Below, piece by piece: positions 21,394 to 31,450 of a DNA stretch of 64,000 bases. Each line of letters opens with the position of its first letter. Positions within the stretch are counted from its first letter, which is position 1. This stretch comes from Diplonema japonicum (taxonomy: Eukaryota; Protista; Euglenozoa: Diplonemea). The stretch lies in NCBI GenBank assembly GCA_964019335.1, contig OZ025733.1, positions 248,001 through 312,000 of the forward strand, in the 5' to 3' direction. Made by a program: the position numbers and the translations under genes. The notes beneath the pieces are model-generated. The model saw nothing but the letters and a program-made list of their open reading frames with translations, was not told where the DNA came from and ran no database searches.

Positions 21394-22734
21394 ATGCGTT
21401 TTGACTGCTCGTTTGAAAGTGGGAATATTGGGAAAGTGCAGGCTTTGAACGATGTATGGAAAAAAAAAAAAAAAAAAAAGAAAAAAAAAATCCAGTTTGA
21501 ATTCGATGTCTCTGTCCGGCCCGACACGAACAACCCGCACTACAGGGTTTGGTTTTATTTCGCGGTGAGCCAGGTACAGAAGGGACAGCGGGCGATATTC
21601 CACTTCATCAATGGTTCGAAGACGAAATCCTTATATCGGTTGGGGATGACGCCGTTGGTAAGGAGCACCACAAAGCCAAAGTGGGAACGGGTCCCTCAAA
21701 AGCAGTGTTTCTACTACAAAAGCCCGAGGCTGAAAAAGAACTACGTGTTGAGCTTCGCGTTCCAATTCGATCGCGAAGATACCTACTACTTCGCGTACTG
21801 CTTCCCATTCACGTTCACATTCCTGCAAAAATTCCTGGCGCACGTAGAAGTTCAAAACTTCCACTTCTTCAAAAGAGAGCTTCTGTGCAGAACGGTACAA
21901 AAACGGCGTGTCGACTTATTAACCATAACAAGCCCTTCGGTATTAGCACCAAACGGAGACAGAAAGAAAACCGTGTTTATAACAGCTCGGGTTCATGCAG
22001 GGGAAACACCTGCTTCGTTTATATGCCATGGTTTGATGTGCCTGCTGCTCTCTGACCACCCTGCCGCCCGGTTGCTCAGATCTCGCTGCAATTTCAAAAT
22101 CGTTCCGATGCTGAACCCCGACGGTGTGTTCCTTGGTAACTACCGGTGCTCCTCCATGGGGTACGACCTCAACAGGAACTGGTTGAACCCGTCAGCATGG
22201 GCACACGCTCCAATAAAATACACGCGGGATGCGATTTTGAAACTGAATGAAAACGAGGCAACGGAGGTGGATTTTTTCATGGACATTCATGCTCATTCTA
22301 CTTGCACCAATGCGTTCATGTTTGTGAATACGAGCTCGGAGGGGGAAAAGCCTGGATCTGCAGTCATGGATGATCACATGAGAAGCGCGATGCACTTTCC
22401 CAGGCTGCTTGCTACCAACGACCGTACGTTTTCCGCCGTTGCGTCACGGTTTTGTAGAGAACCCTCCAAGCTTGGGACTGGGAGGCGGGCTCTAGGTGAG
22501 GTTCTTCGTGTTGCGCCGCATTGTTCTGCCCTTGAGGTCTCTATGTATTGTACGATCGACCACAGGCAGCGGCTAATCCCCTACACGGAGGAGATGTATC
22601 TGGATCTTGGGAGAAACATCGGGCTGACCTTCGTTGAGTTCTACAAGCTCCAGTCGTTGCTCAACCCGTCCCCGCGTTCCATGCCCCCTGCTGGGCAAGA
22701 AAAACCTGCAAAAAAGAAACCTTACAACAAATAG
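21394..22734 (+). CDS. Cytosolic carboxypeptidase (M14D tubulin deglutamylase, CCP6/AGBL4-like); exons 21394-21453, 21496-22734
   Basis: FESGNI, WFYF, AYCFPFT, ARVHAGE, NPDGV..GNYRC...G.DLNR.W, DIHAHS and LEVS motifs. Confidence 0.92.
   Translation: MRFDCSFESGNIGKVQALNDVWKKKKKKKKKKIQFEFDVSVRPDTNNPHYRVWFYFAVSQVQKGQRAIFHFINGSKTKSLYRLGMTPLVRSTTKPKWERVPQKQCFYYKSPRLKKNYVLSFAFQFDREDTYYFAYCFPFTFTFLQKFLAHVEVQNFHFFKRELLCRTVQKRRVDLLTITSPSVLAPNGDRKKTVFITARVHAGETPASFICHGLMCLLLSDHPAARLLRSRCNFKIVPMLNPDGVFLGNYRCSSMGYDLNRNWLNPSAWAHAPIKYTRDAILKLNENEATEVDFFMDIHAHSTCTNAFMFVNTSSEGEKPGSAVMDDHMRSAMHFPRLLATNDRTFSAVASRFCREPSKLGTGRRALGEVLRVAPHCSALEVSMYCTIDHRQRLIPYTEEMYLDLGRNIGLTFVEFYKLQSLLNPSPRSMPPAGQEKPAKKKPYNK
21454..21495 (+). 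other. Spliceosomal cis-intron, 42 nt, in-frame and stop-free, poly(A) (GTATGG...AAATCCAG)
   Basis: Removal gives KVQALND|FEFDVSVRPD and deletes an anomalous VWKKKKKKKKKKIQ insert. Confidence 0.85.
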
Positions 22735-23393
22735 ACTGATACAAAAAAAAGGGGGGAGGAAAAAGTAGTGGTACAAACAGATGCTAAAAAAAACCCCCCC
22801 CCCCGACTCTTTTTCTTTTTTTTTTTGTGGATAGATTTTAGACGTTTTGTTTTCTTCTCCTTAAGAATTCTTTTTTTCTGACATATATTGTTCGAGGGTG
22901 GCAGGCTTTGCAACCGTTTAGCTCCGAGAAGCGAAAAACAGAGGTTCGAAAAATAGCGTTTTTTTTCTTCTTTTTTTGCACGCGCGTTTTCAAGAATAAA
23001 ACAAACGGCGTGCATTGTGACCAATATGGTGTTCAAGCTTAGACTGGCCAGTCTGCACACACAGTGGTGCTGGACTACTTTTTTTTTTTACTTCGAATAT
23101 TTTCCGGGGTTTGCAGGAGGGCCATTTTGACATCCCCCCCCCCCCCCCCCCCCCGGACGAGCTCACAAGTAATATTCCCCGCTCCCCCACCCACAAAAAA
23201 GAAAATACAAAAAAAAAAAAAAAACTAACGGGTCACCTTTTTTTTTTTCCTTCCGTCTTCATTCTTCTGTCGTTTTCCTTCGGTCTTATTACTTTTTTTT
23301 CACCCCCCTACTTAAAAAGTACCCAAAACCATCAAAAAAAATAGAAGGTCCAGGGAGGGGCAAGATATTCAAAAAAAAAAAAAAAAAAAACAA

Positions 23394-25592
23394 ATGAGCA
23401 TGCAAGCGCAAGACACCCCATCAGCTTATAAAAGCATCGATATGGGGGTGCTCAGCGACAGCGGTGAAGGAGAACCGACGTTCGAAGGGAAGACAGCGAA
23501 GAAGGCGTGCGTAGAGGGGAGGGTGGAGATACTGTGCGCCATCATAGTGAAGGCAAAGGACGTTGTGAACGCACGGGACGAGATGGGCGACTCTCTAATG
23601 CACCACGCAGCAGGCGCAGCCCAAGAAGAATGCATACAATTCCTCCTAGACCACGGCGCTCAAGTAAACGCCCGTAACGACAGAGACGAAACACCCCTCA
23701 TGCACGCAGCACGTAACGGACACACAGTCGCCTGCACATTACTCATCAACAACGGGTCCGACATTGCTCTGGCAGACCGTGACGGGAAGACTGCGCTCCT
23801 TCATTCATTGCGGTGGCCCATCACCTTACATTGTCTTCTCCGATCTGACGCGACAAAGCAGCACCTGGAGCCCTCTGTGCTCCACTTCGCCGCAGCAAAC
23901 GATTTCTACTTCTCGGTCCTGTACTGCTTGGAACAGTTAAACATAGACGTTAACACGCAAGACGAGAACGGTAACACCGCTCTGCACCACGCGTGCCTTC
24001 AAAACCACAAATCCGTCGCGGGCATGCTCGCCAGCAAAGGTTGCGACGCAGACATACGCAACAACGCTGGAGAGACGTGTCTGCAAGTGAAGAATCTGGA
24101 GAGCGGTGTGGCGAAGGCGGTACGGACCCGCAATGGGTCTATTGACGGAAGCAACGTGAAGGTTCTTCGAGGAACGGTGAATCGATGCGTGGCAACGGCA
24201 GCGTGTATTCTCCCGAACGGTTTCCTTATCGCAGCGTCGATGCTCCCGCCGGTGTTGGGGTTTGCAGCATTGGTGGCGAACCTTGCAATGGTCGCTGTCA
24301 TCACACAACGCGCTGCGCATAAACGAACACCCGACCCAGGCCTCGCAGGATGGTACGCGGGAGGCCTTGTATCCGGTTCCGGTGTCGTTGTGTACGGCTT
24401 GTTCCCGCACATTGATTACCCGATTCTCGAACCGTTCTGGATCGTCGTTACATTTCTCATGATGCTCAGTTATTTCCGTGCTTTTCTCGGCGATCCTGGA
24501 ATTGTGGAATCGACGGAGCAGCACCGTGCAGAGCTGTACGCCAGTGTGTCGCAGGCGGGTGCCATTGATAAGAATGTTTTCTGCCCGACTTCGTTTGTGA
24601 AGAAGCCCTACCGGTCTAAGTTCTGCTCGACCACCCTGCGTCCCGTCCACCGTTTCGACCATTATTGCGTGTGGACTTGCAATGCTATCGGAGGCGGGAA
24701 TGTTCGGTATTTCTTCGGGTTCGCGGTGTTGCAGTGTATCAGTCAGTTTTTGACTAGCTTCTTCACTTACCGGTACTTTACGTCGCATCATCTGTACCCC
24801 ACTGCGTGGCAGTGGACAACACCTTGTGTTTGGTTTGATTTTTTCTTCCACCCTGATTTAACCTTGCTGACGTTTTATCTTGTGTTCTACAACTTCGCCG
24901 TGATGCTGTTCATCGTGTCCGTGTTCGCCACGCAGTTCATTTACATCTCGCGAAACATCACCAGCAACGAGGTTTGGTTCACAGAACGCTACCCGTGGTG
25001 CTTGAAGCTTGGCACACGGTCCTACACATTATATGACAATGGGTTTCTGTCCAACTGGAAGGATTTCTTTTTTGGAAACCTGGTGGGGTACACAAGATCT
25101 TCCCCCAACATGAGCACGCACCTCTCCACAAAGGTGGCGCAGTGGAACTCTTGGAAGGCACGGAGAGCTCAGAAGTTTAACCAACAGGTTGCAGATATGC
25201 CTGCTGGGCATCCGTCTTTGCCTAAAGAGATCGCCTCATCATCTATGACTACTGATGTTTCTAGCGGTTTAATGATACCTACTGCGTTGCAACAGCATTT
25301 CCTTTCTATGCCCATCGAGGCGAGGAAGGAGCTTGCCCACGTGCAGAAGGAGCAGCTTACGTCGCTCGGGTTGTTGTCCGCTTCTGGTGAGCTGCACCCT
25401 CCCACTGCGGAGCAGGAACAGGCTATTGTTGCGTCGCTTCAGCAGCGCATGAAGCAGCACAAAAACCAGCAGCCTCCTGCGGATAGGAAGAGGTACACAT
25501 CACCCCCAGGCTCCCCTTCGGGAGCATCGCCAGCATACACACGCGACGTCCTTCGGGGTAGATCCCAGCAGGGCACCCTCGCTACGGAGTAA
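23394..25592 (+). CDS. Ankyrin-repeat DHHC-family palmitoyltransferase (Akr1/ZDHHC17-like, DHYC variant)
   Basis: N-terminal ankyrin repeats; TM segments; DPG, FCP...KPYRSKFC...RFDHYCVW.CNAIG..N.R.F and NITSNE motifs. Confidence 0.93.
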   Translation: MSMQAQDTPSAYKSIDMGVLSDSGEGEPTFEGKTAKKACVEGRVEILCAIIVKAKDVVNARDEMGDSLMHHAAGAAQEECIQFLLDHGAQVNARNDRDETPLMHAARNGHTVACTLLINNGSDIALADRDGKTALLHSLRWPITLHCLLRSDATKQHLEPSVLHFAAANDFYFSVLYCLEQLNIDVNTQDENGNTALHHACLQNHKSVAGMLASKGCDADIRNNAGETCLQVKNLESGVAKAVRTRNGSIDGSNVKVLRGTVNRCVATAACILPNGFLIAASMLPPVLGFAALVANLAMVAVITQRAAHKRTPDPGLAGWYAGGLVSGSGVVVYGLFPHIDYPILEPFWIVVTFLMMLSYFRAFLGDPGIVESTEQHRAELYASVSQAGAIDKNVFCPTSFVKKPYRSKFCSTTLRPVHRFDHYCVWTCNAIGGGNVRYFFGFAVLQCISQFLTSFFTYRYFTSHHLYPTAWQWTTPCVWFDFFFHPDLTLLTFYLVFYNFAVMLFIVSVFATQFIYISRNITSNEVWFTERYPWCLKLGTRSYTLYDNGFLSNWKDFFFGNLVGYTRSSPNMSTHLSTKVAQWNSWKARRAQKFNQQVADMPAGHPSLPKEIASSSMTTDVSSGLMIPTALQQHFLSMPIEARKELAHVQKEQLTSLGLLSASGELHPPTAEQEQAIVASLQQRMKQHKNQQPPADRKRYTSPPGSPSGASPAYTRDVLRGRSQQGTLATE

Positions 25593-25616
25593 GTTGGTGA
25601 ATTGAGGAAAAATAGC

Positions 25617-25653
<37 letters not shown>

Positions 25654-25695
25654 GGATTTGGGAATATGTTGGACCGAGTAGGCGAAAAAAAAAAA

Positions 25696-25933
25696 GAGGA
25701 ACTGGCCGTTGTTTGTACGTGCCGGTCGCACTCCTCCGCATGCAATCCGCGAGGTGAGGGGCGCGAGTGCTTCCCGATGGGTACTCGAGGTCCGCGTATT
25801 GGACCAGATCATCCCAGTCTAGTGCCGTCATTTTTGTTTGTACGTGCCGGGTAGAACCTGGAGAAGTTTGTCAACCCGAAACACGTTGCCAACGTTCCCC
25901 TTTTGTTTAGACAAGTCAAAGACTGGTTCTTGC
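25696..25933 (+). repeat. Repeat family R2, copy 2, interrupted by a 108-nt insert
   Basis: Matches 1957-2074 and the reverse complement of 53373-53485 apart from the insert. Confidence 0.9.
25726..25833. mobile_element. 108-nt structured insertion with 17-bp target-site duplication (SINE-like or retroposed small RNA)
   Basis: ttgtttgtacgtgccgg is duplicated at 25709-25725 and 25834-25850; the R2 copy at 53373-53485 has this sequence only once (empty site). Confidence 0.8.
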
Positions 25934-26160
25934 GTTAAAAAAAAAGAGGTTGATAAGTCATTCCTTGGCAGTAGTTGGAGTGGTTTTTTTTTTCTTCTTT
26001 TTCTTTTTACCATAATTTTTCTGGTCCAGAATAAAACCGGTAAATATTTCGGCCCAACATATCCCCAAAGTCCAATTATATCAGATCGCTAAAATAGAAA
26101 GAAAAAGAAAAATGTGGAAGGGGAAGGGGAGGGGGGGCACTTTTCTCTTATTTCTCTCTT

Positions 26161-26219
<59 letters not shown>

Positions 26220-26747
26220 ATAAACAGAACTGTTATCAAAAAGAAAAAAAAAAGGAATGTTGGGGCAGCGTTAATGCGTTTACAAAATAATCTCCTTATT
26301 AGGTTTGGAAAAAAAAAAAAAAGAAAACAAAACCGTTTGTAAATCCGTTTTTTGCGCACAAAAACAAAAACAACAACAACAACAAAAAAGAATAATTTCG
26401 CCTATTATTATTTTTTTTTCTCTTTTTTTATTCGCTCTTCTTCTTTTTTTTTTTTTGAGGCGATCCTGTCACATACTGCAGGTTCCCTCAAAGACATCTT
26501 TTTTCCCTCCTCTTTCTCCTTCCTCCTTTATGGCAACATGAAATTATCGTTTTGAGGAGGCATGAGTGTATGATGGCAGCCCCCCCCCTTTTTTTTCTCT
26601 TTGCTCCATTTTTTTTATTTTTTTTTTTTCCCGTTGAGTACTTTTTTTTCCCCCCGATGTCCATAAAATCGTAGTTTTTTTTTCTTCTTTTTTTCCGACT
26701 CAGCTTCGGAGGAAAAAAAAAAAAAAAAAAAGAGGGGGGGGGGAAAA

Positions 26748-29700
26748 ATGGAGCCACTACTCGCACAGCTGATGAGCCCAGATGGGGTGTCCCGTCGTAA
26801 CGCCGAAGCAATTTTCATGGAAGGGGCGAAAAAAAGACCAGACGAAGTCGCTAAAGGGCTAGTTGCAGCTGGGAGCGGTGAGCATGCCCAACTAGCCATG
26901 CTCCTGCTCAGAAGATGTGTGAATGTCGAAGTTTGGGAAGGATTAGGGAACGTAAAAGACACCTTACTTGAAATGCTGACACACGAGTCTCTACCGAGGC
27001 TCGTGAGGGTCCAACTGGAGCTAGTAGTAGGCAACATTGCATGCCACCTCCTCCCCATGGGAGGGTGGAACGACTTTCTTCAAAAGCTCCTCTCTGCAGC
27101 CGATAACGAAGGCAGGCCCGCTGTCCGTGCCTCTGCGTTGGAAATCTTCACAGAAATTCTTATGGACTCTTGCACAGAAGACGTTGTGGCACCGATCATC
27201 CAGCATGTTTATTCCACCTTCGCAGCGAATATCTCCCACCCTTCCGCTGCCGTGAGAGAGACAGCAGCAACAGGAGTCTTATCCATTGCAGAGTTATCAG
27301 ATAGTGAGTTTTGGAAAGGGAAATTCGACACAATTCTTCCAGAGGTTATGACGTGCCTCTCGAATTTTCTGCAGTGTCCCGCTGAGGCAGACCGGTCCTG
27401 CGGTATCCTTGACGCTCTTACGGAGCTAGGCGAGGCGCGGCCTTTTCTCTTCAAAACGTACTGCAAAGACGTTTTAACTGCTGTTCTGCAAATAGTCCGC
27501 AACGACAGTCTTGAGGAACGTGTTCGTGTTGTTGCCATCGAGCTCCTCACGGTGGTGTGCGAAGGCGTTCCGAAGAAAGCAAAGAAACTCCCACAGATCA
27601 GCGAAGCCGTTGACCTTCTCATGCAGGTTATACAACATGAGGTCGAAGACCCTTCTGAATGGGACCCCAACGATGAAGAAGAGCAGGAAACGGAGCTTCT
27701 CGTCACCGCGAAGAACAGCACGGCCAGGCTGGCGTCGTGTGTCGGCGGAAAGAAATTCTATGATGCTATAAAAAAACGATTTGTGCTAACTGGCGCCTGG
27801 AGAGCAGTCTACGCAGGAGTCGTGGCATTGTCACAAACCGCGGAAGGTTGCGTTACAGCCATGTCGAAGGATCTGCAGGCAATGACAGAGGGCGTTGCCT
27901 CCTTGCTCACAAACGAGAACCCATGTCTTCGAATTACCGCGCTGGAGTGCCTCACGCAGTGGGCGAGCGACTTCCCCACCTTCATCGATGTGACACACAC
28001 CACGTTAATCCCCATCTTCGCGACGCTTACGCGTGACCAGCATCCTCGTATCAGAGGCTACGCGGCACACTGCATATCAGTCTTCTACTCGGGATCCCCG
28101 CAGGGTACTGTGGACCCCATTGTGGCGCCCGTTTTCGCCTCGCTCTTCATCGTGTTGAAGAACCCCGCCGAGATAAACTTTGTAAAAACAAGGGTTCTTG
28201 CAACGGTGGCTGAGATTTTAGAACTCGCGGGGGAACAAGCGGCAAGAGACGCCTACCCTGCGGTGATGGCGGAGCTCAGCGCGATTTTAAGCAACGAAAA
28301 GGACCCGAAAACCTTAGCAACGTGTGTGGAATGCGTCGGGCAATGTGCAGGGCGGGCGGGGGACCTCTTCATTAAAGACTCCGCGCCTGTCATGACGTGC
28401 CTAAAAAACATATTTGAAACGGTCGTGAACGCGGAGTCGGACCCGAGGAAAACGGCGGTGTTGGAAGCATGGGCAGACATCGCCTCGGGGCTCAAGGAAC
28501 AGTTCGTGCCGTACTTTGCAGAGGTCTTCCCGTTCCTCGCAAAGATGGCTTCTCAAGCCGACGATTCCCCGGCAGCTAGCGCGTCGATCCTGACAAACCT
28601 GAAAGACGAATCCTTGTACCGCACCGCAGTGCTCAACGACAAGCATGAAGCCTTGAACCTCTTAAACAGATACGTCGAGTCGATGCCGAACTGCCTTTCA
28701 CCACAAGTCACGTCTGAAATCGCGAGCATTGCCGATGCTGCGGTAGCGTACCCTCACAGGCACGACATTCGGCTGGCCGGAGCTGCTCTGATGTCGCAGG
28801 TCATCGCGTGCTCTAAGGTCGATAAAGCAGGATGCCTCGCGGCCTTTGGAGAACGGTTGGCAGAAATCGTCTTAGTGAGGGAAAAAAACGGCGACCCGGA
28901 ACGGATCGTACAGCTGTTGGTAGCGTTCAAGAACGCCCTGTTGAAAGGAAAGGGCTCCATGAGTGAGCAATGCGGGGCAGGAGTTGTTAAAATGCTGTTG
29001 GAATGCTTGGTGCAGTCCTCCGACAGAGAGCTTGAAGCGTTCGAAGACAGCGGTGACGACGATAATGAAGAAGATGATGAAACAACTGACGAATCAACCC
29101 CCGAGAAAACCGATCCTGAAGACGCTCTCAGACGACGTGCGTCAGGTGTTATCGAAGCTGTTCTGGTAACTCAAGGCCATCTCACCCATGCCCCTGTTTT
29201 GCTTGCAGAAGGATTCTGCGGTTTTATCGAAGAGGACACCTTCCTTCTTAAAGAGCTCTCAATCGCTGGTATCCAATCCCTACTCACCAAACGGATCACG
29301 TCCGTGGCACCGATCGTGTCACCGATTCTGCTGAAAAACACGAATGATGATGATTCAGATGTGCAAGTAGGTTGTTTTGAGGGTCTCGCTATGGTGTGCT
29401 CAATGGTGTCACCTGATACATTTGTTCCCAGTGTGTTGCCTGTTGTTATGAACAAGATTGCAGCTTCGGATTCTGATGAGGTAAAGGGTGCTGCGATGCT
29501 TTTGTTCTTTGAGATGTGTAAGATACCTGGAGCCGATCTCTCTTCGGGGCTTCCGATTCTCCTCGCGGGGCTGCCCTTGCAGACGGAGGTGGAGGCCGTG
29601 CACGAGGCGCACACGATGTTTCTCAAAGCAACCCAAGCCAGGGCATCCTTTGTCTTCGGCCCTCGCCGAGAGCACGAAACCCCAGTCCGCCGCATTGTGG

Positions 29701-29795
29701 TGGAGTTGGCAAAACCTGAAAATTCGTCGTTTGTCGACGAGGAGGGGTCGCAGATAGCGGCACTGCTTGCAAACCCAGCGTTTTGGAGAGGGTAA
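26748..29795 (+). CDS. Importin-beta family karyopherin (importin-5/importin-4-like, HEAT repeats)
   Basis: LL.QLMSPD...RRNAE N-terminus, W..FLQ.L, acidic loop followed by RLA..VGGK, AEGC and HPRIR.YAA HEAT motifs; 1015 aa. Confidence 0.85.
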   Translation: MEPLLAQLMSPDGVSRRNAEAIFMEGAKKRPDEVAKGLVAAGSGEHAQLAMLLLRRCVNVEVWEGLGNVKDTLLEMLTHESLPRLVRVQLELVVGNIACHLLPMGGWNDFLQKLLSAADNEGRPAVRASALEIFTEILMDSCTEDVVAPIIQHVYSTFAANISHPSAAVRETAATGVLSIAELSDSEFWKGKFDTILPEVMTCLSNFLQCPAEADRSCGILDALTELGEARPFLFKTYCKDVLTAVLQIVRNDSLEERVRVVAIELLTVVCEGVPKKAKKLPQISEAVDLLMQVIQHEVEDPSEWDPNDEEEQETELLVTAKNSTARLASCVGGKKFYDAIKKRFVLTGAWRAVYAGVVALSQTAEGCVTAMSKDLQAMTEGVASLLTNENPCLRITALECLTQWASDFPTFIDVTHTTLIPIFATLTRDQHPRIRGYAAHCISVFYSGSPQGTVDPIVAPVFASLFIVLKNPAEINFVKTRVLATVAEILELAGEQAARDAYPAVMAELSAILSNEKDPKTLATCVECVGQCAGRAGDLFIKDSAPVMTCLKNIFETVVNAESDPRKTAVLEAWADIASGLKEQFVPYFAEVFPFLAKMASQADDSPAASASILTNLKDESLYRTAVLNDKHEALNLLNRYVESMPNCLSPQVTSEIASIADAAVAYPHRHDIRLAGAALMSQVIACSKVDKAGCLAAFGERLAEIVLVREKNGDPERIVQLLVAFKNALLKGKGSMSEQCGAGVVKMLLECLVQSSDRELEAFEDSGDDDNEEDDETTDESTPEKTDPEDALRRRASGVIEAVLVTQGHLTHAPVLLAEGFCGFIEEDTFLLKELSIAGIQSLLTKRITSVAPIVSPILLKNTNDDDSDVQVGCFEGLAMVCSMVSPDTFVPSVLPVVMNKIAASDSDEVKGAAMLLFFEMCKIPGADLSSGLPILLAGLPLQTEVEAVHEAHTMFLKATQARASFVFGPRREHETPVRRIVVELAKPENSSFVDEEGSQIAALLANPAFWRG

Positions 29796-29961
29796 GAAAA
29801 ACGTTTTTTTTTATGTATTTTCTGTGTTTTTTTTTTCTTCTTTTTTTTTTAGAAATGAAAATCCTCCATCCCCCTTTGTTTGTCGATATATATATATTTT
29901 TGTTCTCTTTCACCCCCCCCCCCCCCTGAACATTGCAAAATTTTCATATTACAGTGCTGCA

Positions 29962-31368
29962 ATGCCTTCACAAAAAAAGATGGCCCACCTCATATCGTGG
30001 AACGTGGCAGGGTGGGAAACCGCTGTAAAAACGTTGCAGGCGGAGTGCGGTGGAGTGGAAGCGTGGCTTAAGCAACACCAAGCGGACATCCTATGCATCC
30101 AGGAAACAAAAACCGTGAGGGGTACCCTGGAAGGCCCAGCATTGAGGACCGCTACTAAAATAGAAGGGTGGGAGAGCTTCTGGGCCACGAACGAGGGAAA
30201 AGCCGCGCAGAGAAAAGGCCTGAACGGCGTGGCAACGTACGCGAAGAAGGGTCTGGTTCAGGGATGCGATACAAAACCGCTTGGGGTACCGGACCTCGAC
30301 GAAGAAGGAAGGTGCATCGCGACATTTCACGGAGATATAGTCATATACAACGTGTACGTACCAAACGACATGGGACAAGGCAGGCTGGCTTTTAAAATCA
30401 GATTTCTCGACGCGTTGAAAGAAGCAATGACAACACAACGAGCAAGGGGTTTACAAGTTATCTTATGTGGCGATTTCAACATCTCCCCAAACCCAGAGGA
30501 CCTCCACTGGACCCGCCGTGTGCTTCCACTGTCGACTATCGAATCCCACACAAAACTGAAACACACATGGCATCTTATACACGAATCGTGTAAATCAGCT
30601 ACATTATCAGACAACCGGACTGTTTTGCGCAATGTTGTAACCGGACGCCCTGTCACATTAACGAACAACCCGGGTACATCGGGCGGCGCACACCCTGATT
30701 ACACCGTCAGAAATCTTATGGAATATTACAGCAAGCTCACGGAGACAGATGTTTCGCGAGATGAATGGCGGAGATTATCCGACGCGTTCGGGACACAACG
30801 CCACGCACCGGAACTGATTGCTTGGTTCGCATCGTTGGTCACAGATGGTTTCACGGACACCTTCAAAGCCGGCAACGTTGGGTTTAAACAGCGATTCACA
30901 TGTTGGGACCAGTCGAAGAACAAGCGTTATGAGAATCTTGGCTCCCGTATCGATTTCATCATGGTGTCACGTGGTGTGCTGTGGCGGCATTTATATGCGC
31001 CCTCTCACCCGGAGGACGAGTCGGAGTCGCAGGCGCTTGTTGATGCCACCGCAAAGCATTTATTCAAACCCGCCCCTCCCACTGGAGGTGGTATCCCACC
31101 AGCACCGTCCTCCGCATTCGCCCACCAGTACGAACGTCTCCCTACTGTAACAGGTATTATCTACACCCCGCCGCATCTCAGTGATCATGTGGCCGTGTCT
31201 GTTTGTGTGGAGGTCGATTGCGGGTTGAACCTGAATGTTGACAAAAAAACTCGGGAGGGCCAGCCGCAAAACGCACAGCGCAGCATCCTCTCGATGTTTG
31301 GAAAAAGAAAAGCCTCGGACACGGGGAACAAACCCTCTAAGATACGGGAAACGATAGATCTCAGCTAG
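29962..31368 (+). CDS. ExoIII/AP endonuclease family protein (APE2-like)
   Basis: ISWNVAG, DILCIQETK, GVATY, DEEGR, NVYVPN, ILCGDFN, FTCW...NLGSRIDFI and SDH motifs; C-terminal QRSILSMF resembles a PIP box. Confidence 0.9.
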   Translation: MPSQKKMAHLISWNVAGWETAVKTLQAECGGVEAWLKQHQADILCIQETKTVRGTLEGPALRTATKIEGWESFWATNEGKAAQRKGLNGVATYAKKGLVQGCDTKPLGVPDLDEEGRCIATFHGDIVIYNVYVPNDMGQGRLAFKIRFLDALKEAMTTQRARGLQVILCGDFNISPNPEDLHWTRRVLPLSTIESHTKLKHTWHLIHESCKSATLSDNRTVLRNVVTGRPVTLTNNPGTSGGAHPDYTVRNLMEYYSKLTETDVSRDEWRRLSDAFGTQRHAPELIAWFASLVTDGFTDTFKAGNVGFKQRFTCWDQSKNKRYENLGSRIDFIMVSRGVLWRHLYAPSHPEDESESQALVDATAKHLFKPAPPTGGGIPPAPSSAFAHQYERLPTVTGIIYTPPHLSDHVAVSVCVEVDCGLNLNVDKKTREGQPQNAQRSILSMFGKRKASDTGNKPSKIRETIDLS

Positions 31369-31450
31369 ATATTTCCCCCCCCCCCCTTTATTTTTCTTCT
31401 TCTTTTTTTAAATATTTCTTTCTAAAACCCTGACTGACGCCGCCCCGTAG

